Source: Vicugna vicugna (taxonomy: Eukaryota). From it: a stretch of DNA of 64,000 bases. The notes below the pieces were generated by a model, which saw nothing but the letters and a program-made list of their open reading frames with translations, did no database searches and had not been told where the DNA came from. The stretch lies in assembly GCA_013265495.1 (NCBI GenBank), contig MU058636.1:6545741-6609740 (forward strand), read 5' to 3'. Below are positions 60,481 through 64,000 of this stretch, piece by piece. The position numbers and the translations under genes are program-made. The stretch's first letter is position 1. Each line of letters begins with the position of its first letter.

Positions 60481-61514
60481 GAAACACAGGTCTCAGATCT
60501 CTCATAACTAATATTTTCCTCAAATCAAGACACATATGATATAAAATAAAAGTATAAGAGTCTTCATTTTCTTAAGCTTCCTTGACTCTTACTGCATCTT
60601 AGATCCCTGAGCTGTCTTAAGAACCCCTTAGCACACAGAGGGTTTTAGAAGCTTCCTACGACCTTTCCTGCAGCTTAGGCCATAAGAGCAACCATCTCAC
60701 ATCTGATTCTTCTAAATGTATAGGACATAATAAAACACTTTTTGGATTGATTTTGGTTTTTCTTATCCTCCACTCCTGCTGTGTCCCTAATTGCTTAGAG
60801 GTGACAACTCACTGACAGCTGAAGGTAGCGGACCTCATGCCAATCTTACCAAAACGAAGTCATTCTGCACCTGAGGGGATCTTGGCCTTCTGGACTTCAG
60901 TTCTGGCTGAGAAATCCGTGCCCTACTTTGATGGCCTGAACCACAAGGGAAGAAGGGAACTTAGAGGAGTTCCTATTGCTCTCATTCCTCACCTCCAAAG
61001 CTGCCTTCATACCAAAAGGGGCCCTCAGACCCTGCCTCTGTGCTTCCAAGCCTAGAAATTCTGGGAGATCAAACAGAGTGAAGAGCCAAGGGCATTTAAA
61101 ATCACAGTAGAACAAGGAGGGGTAGGCACTCAATGTTTATCATATAAATGAGCCGAGTTGGATGAATGGGGCCCACGGCAAAATTGAGAGCTTGCATATC
61201 TTTTGGGGAGAGCCAATTCTCACATCTAGTCAGTGGTTGCAACGTGGCCATACAGATCCAGTGTTGCTAAATCTGACTTTTAAAGAAAAGACATAAATCT
61301 AAGTATTTCTATGATGTTTCCTGATGTTTTAACGTTGGCAAGTAGTAACTCAAAAAAACAAACAAAACCACTGTTTGATTAGGTCAGGCCAAATGTGTTG
61401 TCTGCAGTCTGGGTTCTGCCTGAAGTTCCCTATTCTGTGATTTCTGGATCCCATCACTCATTGCCTAGTTCATAGTGTTTATGGGAGACTGACATTCAAA
61501 ATTGAGAGATGGTG

Positions 61515-61670
61515 CAAGGATGGCAAATAATTTCCAAATTGCATGCCCACTGATTTATTAGTAGTGGCTGCCTTAGTATTATGTTTAGGATTTTGAGTCA
61601 GTAGAAAAAATATTGTGTTGAATTATCAATGTTCAGTAATGGTACATAAGACATGTATTTGCCATTCCTT
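61515..61670 (+). mobile_element. MER102-like hAT MITE with terminal inverted repeats
   Basis: CAAGGATGGCAAATA ... TATTTGCCATTCCTT, with internal GTAGTGGCTGCC. Confidence 0.75.
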
Positions 61671-62554
61671 AGCCAGACTATCCCCATGATGGTTGTGTTG
61701 AGGATGTCAGAATAAATGTTTTCAGCTGCCTCCACTTCCTTAGCTTGTCATCTTAGGTGTGTGTCTCTCAAGTTCCCCAGAGCCTGGGAAAACAGAGTGC
61801 TGACTTTCAAAGAATGGAGGGTCCTGCCAGTGATCAGGTGCCTTTGCTTGCAACTCAGGACAAACAAACCAAGCTAACGTATTTATCACTTAAAGAGGAG
61901 GGCAAGCTATCTGATCTATCAGTCACACACTTAAGACATAATTTATTCAGTGTATGTGGTATAAAAATATCACAGCAAAGTTTCACTACTCTAGACCAAT
62001 CAGGTTTTAGATCATCAAATATTTTTATCTGTATCAATATTGTAGCTGATTTTAATTTACCAACTATGGTTGCACTTCAGGTTTAGAATGCTCTTTAATA
62101 CAAAGTCCAAATATTTTATTTTAAAGAGAACAATAAAAATCAACTCTGGAAAGCATCCTGAGAGATAGTTATTATTAGTGTTTTAATTCTTGATCAGGAG
62201 ACCGAAATCAAGAAAGCAATTGAAAGATGTTACCCTCCACAAGATACTCCACAAGAGTATCTTAGATGTAAGGGTATTTGGGTGTTTAGAAAAATGTTTT
62301 TTAACATACATCTATTTCTGTTGATCTCCAGAAGGAAATTTTTTACAGGAAAATGGTATCAAACCTATCAAATAGGTTCTTATCTGTTAATTCACTCTGT
62401 TTTCCTCCTAATAAATGCTGTACCAAAACTCTATTCAAAATAAGAGAAAGTCTACAAATTCCCAGTTTCCAATCATTGCTAACTCAGTACTAAAATAAAC
62501 TCTTTAGTAAATGAAGAAAGTGGTAGAGGGCCTCGATGTGACTTTATACTCTGA

Positions 62555-62757
62555 GTAGAGTCGCATCATGTATATATATACCACATCTTCTTTATCCAAG
62601 CATCTATCAGTGGACATTAAGGTTGCTTCCATGCCTTAGCTATTGTAAATACTCCTGCTACGAACATTAGGGTGCATGTATCTTTTCAAATTGGAATTTT
62701 CTCCAGATATATGCCCAAGAATGGGATTGCTGGATCATACGGTAAGTCTATTTTCAG
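62555..62757 (-). mobile_element. L1 fragment (ORF2 end region)
   Basis: TATATACCACATCTTCTTTATCCA...GGTTGCTTCCATG...GCTATTGTAAATA...GGGATTGCTGGATCATACGGTA. Confidence 0.9.
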
Positions 62758-62759
62758 TT

Positions 62760-62835
62760 GAAAAATGAATTTCTATTGTTTTAAGCCATCCAGTCTCTGG
62801 TATCTTGTCATGGCAACTCTAGCAAACTAACATAT
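62760..62835 (+). mobile_element. MLT1 LTR 3' end
   Basis: TTTCTATTGTTTTAAGCCATCCAGTCTCTGGTATCTTGTCATGGCAACTCTAGCAAACTAACA. Confidence 0.8.
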
Positions 62836-64000
62836 TCATATGTCAGACCAAGGGATCCAGTATGCGTCTCACTTTTGAAGAACCCTTTTAAAGGCCATCC
62901 AAGAATAAATTCACCTCTCCAGCATCTACCACTGCAGGCAAAAGCAAGTCAAAGCACATGGTTGAAATCCTCAAAGAGTTTCTGCAATGTAACATCAATG
63001 GTTAACAGGGTGACTGGGCCAATGTCCCAGGCTGTCACGTTCAATGCTTCCTTCAGTACTCCTGTCTTCCAATTCAGCTTAATCTTTGCTCTCATCAACC
63101 TCAACCCTGCTACCAGGACAGCCTCTCACTCAGCTCAGCCCTGCCTCCCCAGGAAAAGAGAAATTCCAGATGATGGAGAGTCCATGGCATGATAGAAGAG
63201 GTGTGAAGTGATGTGGGAGTGAAATGGAGGTGAAGACTTTCCACTGATTAGCCACAGGGCAACTGAAGTTCTCCAGAATAAAGCAGGACTAGAGATGAAG
63301 ACTAGAGATGAAGATTTAGAGCCAGAGGTTAGAAACTCCAATGACAATAGAAGAGAAACTTGAAGGGTGATGCAGGAAATGGAAGAGGGGCTTTTGCATG
63401 ATTGGGGAATAGTCTGGAATAAGCAAGAAGACAGCATTACTCTCCTGCCCTAAAGGTATTACAGTCAGGAGAGGGAGACATACCAGCAAACAGATGATTA
63501 AAACACACTGTGGTCTGTACATGATCAGAGCACGCTAAGGGAGCCCATGAGGCTTTTTGGATCCCGGGCAACATTAGCACAGAGCAGAAAGAAGGGAAGG
63601 GTTAAGGGAGAACTGGGTAGTGGTTTTTCAGCACGATTCAAAGAGGAATACCAAATACGGCCAAGATGAGCTTTTCAGTCACAGGAAAAGCATCTCTGCC
63701 AGTAGAGATGATTGACTAGGACCTGCCACAGACTAATGAAATCTTTCCTGGCGCTCACTAATCAACACTCTCATTATTAGTTTATCTTACTAAGCACCCT
63801 AATTCCAGCAAAGGTACACTGCCCCAGATGGAAAATACATGCATTCCACCTACTAGAATTGAACATCTCACACGGTAAATTGCTTAGGCCTCTTGTGAGT
63901 CAATTGCCGTGAATCACCTTTCCTAAGGCTTTTCAGCTCTGAGAAACTGATGGGGCTGAGGGCCAGTCGGAAGGTCTTGCAAAATTCACCACAGGTAATG

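Noticed and set aside
1..64000. CRISPR array, prokaryotic operon or defence system, NUMT, endogenous viral ORF, processed pseudogene
   Set aside because: I saw no regularly spaced repeats, no long ORFs and no recognisable mitochondrial, viral or mRNA-derived sequence. Short true exons could still be missed without alignment or RNA data.

Overview
AT-rich mammalian non-coding DNA, probably camelid: it carries a tRNA-derived SINE of the Vic-1 type and an L1 3' end of the kind I associate with camelids. I find no supportable protein-coding gene, RNA gene, CRISPR array or prokaryotic system. The supplied ORFs are chance frames, microsatellite read-throughs or broken L1 ORF2 fragments. Roughly half the window is recognisable interspersed repeat: L1, HAL1-like, L2, L3/CR1, MIR, MaLR/ERVL LTRs, hAT-Charlie and Tigger MITEs. 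Repeat-poor islands at about 6.9-7.6, 22-23.3, 27.1-28.6, 35.3-36.1 and 44.1-46.7 kb look like candidate regulatory elements. The most unusual signals seen directly in the sequence are structural: a perfect 46-bp templated insertion with a 10-bp flanking duplication, an old A/AB/B mosaic duplication, a TSD-flanked poly(A)-only insertion, a three-level nested repeat, a (CTT)20(ATT)11 repeat and a 4-tier G-quadruplex motif. There are also three speculative minus-strand non-coding exons. Repeat names come from my recall of consensus sequences, not a database search, and boundaries of old repeats are approximate. I did not find a convincing novel biological system.
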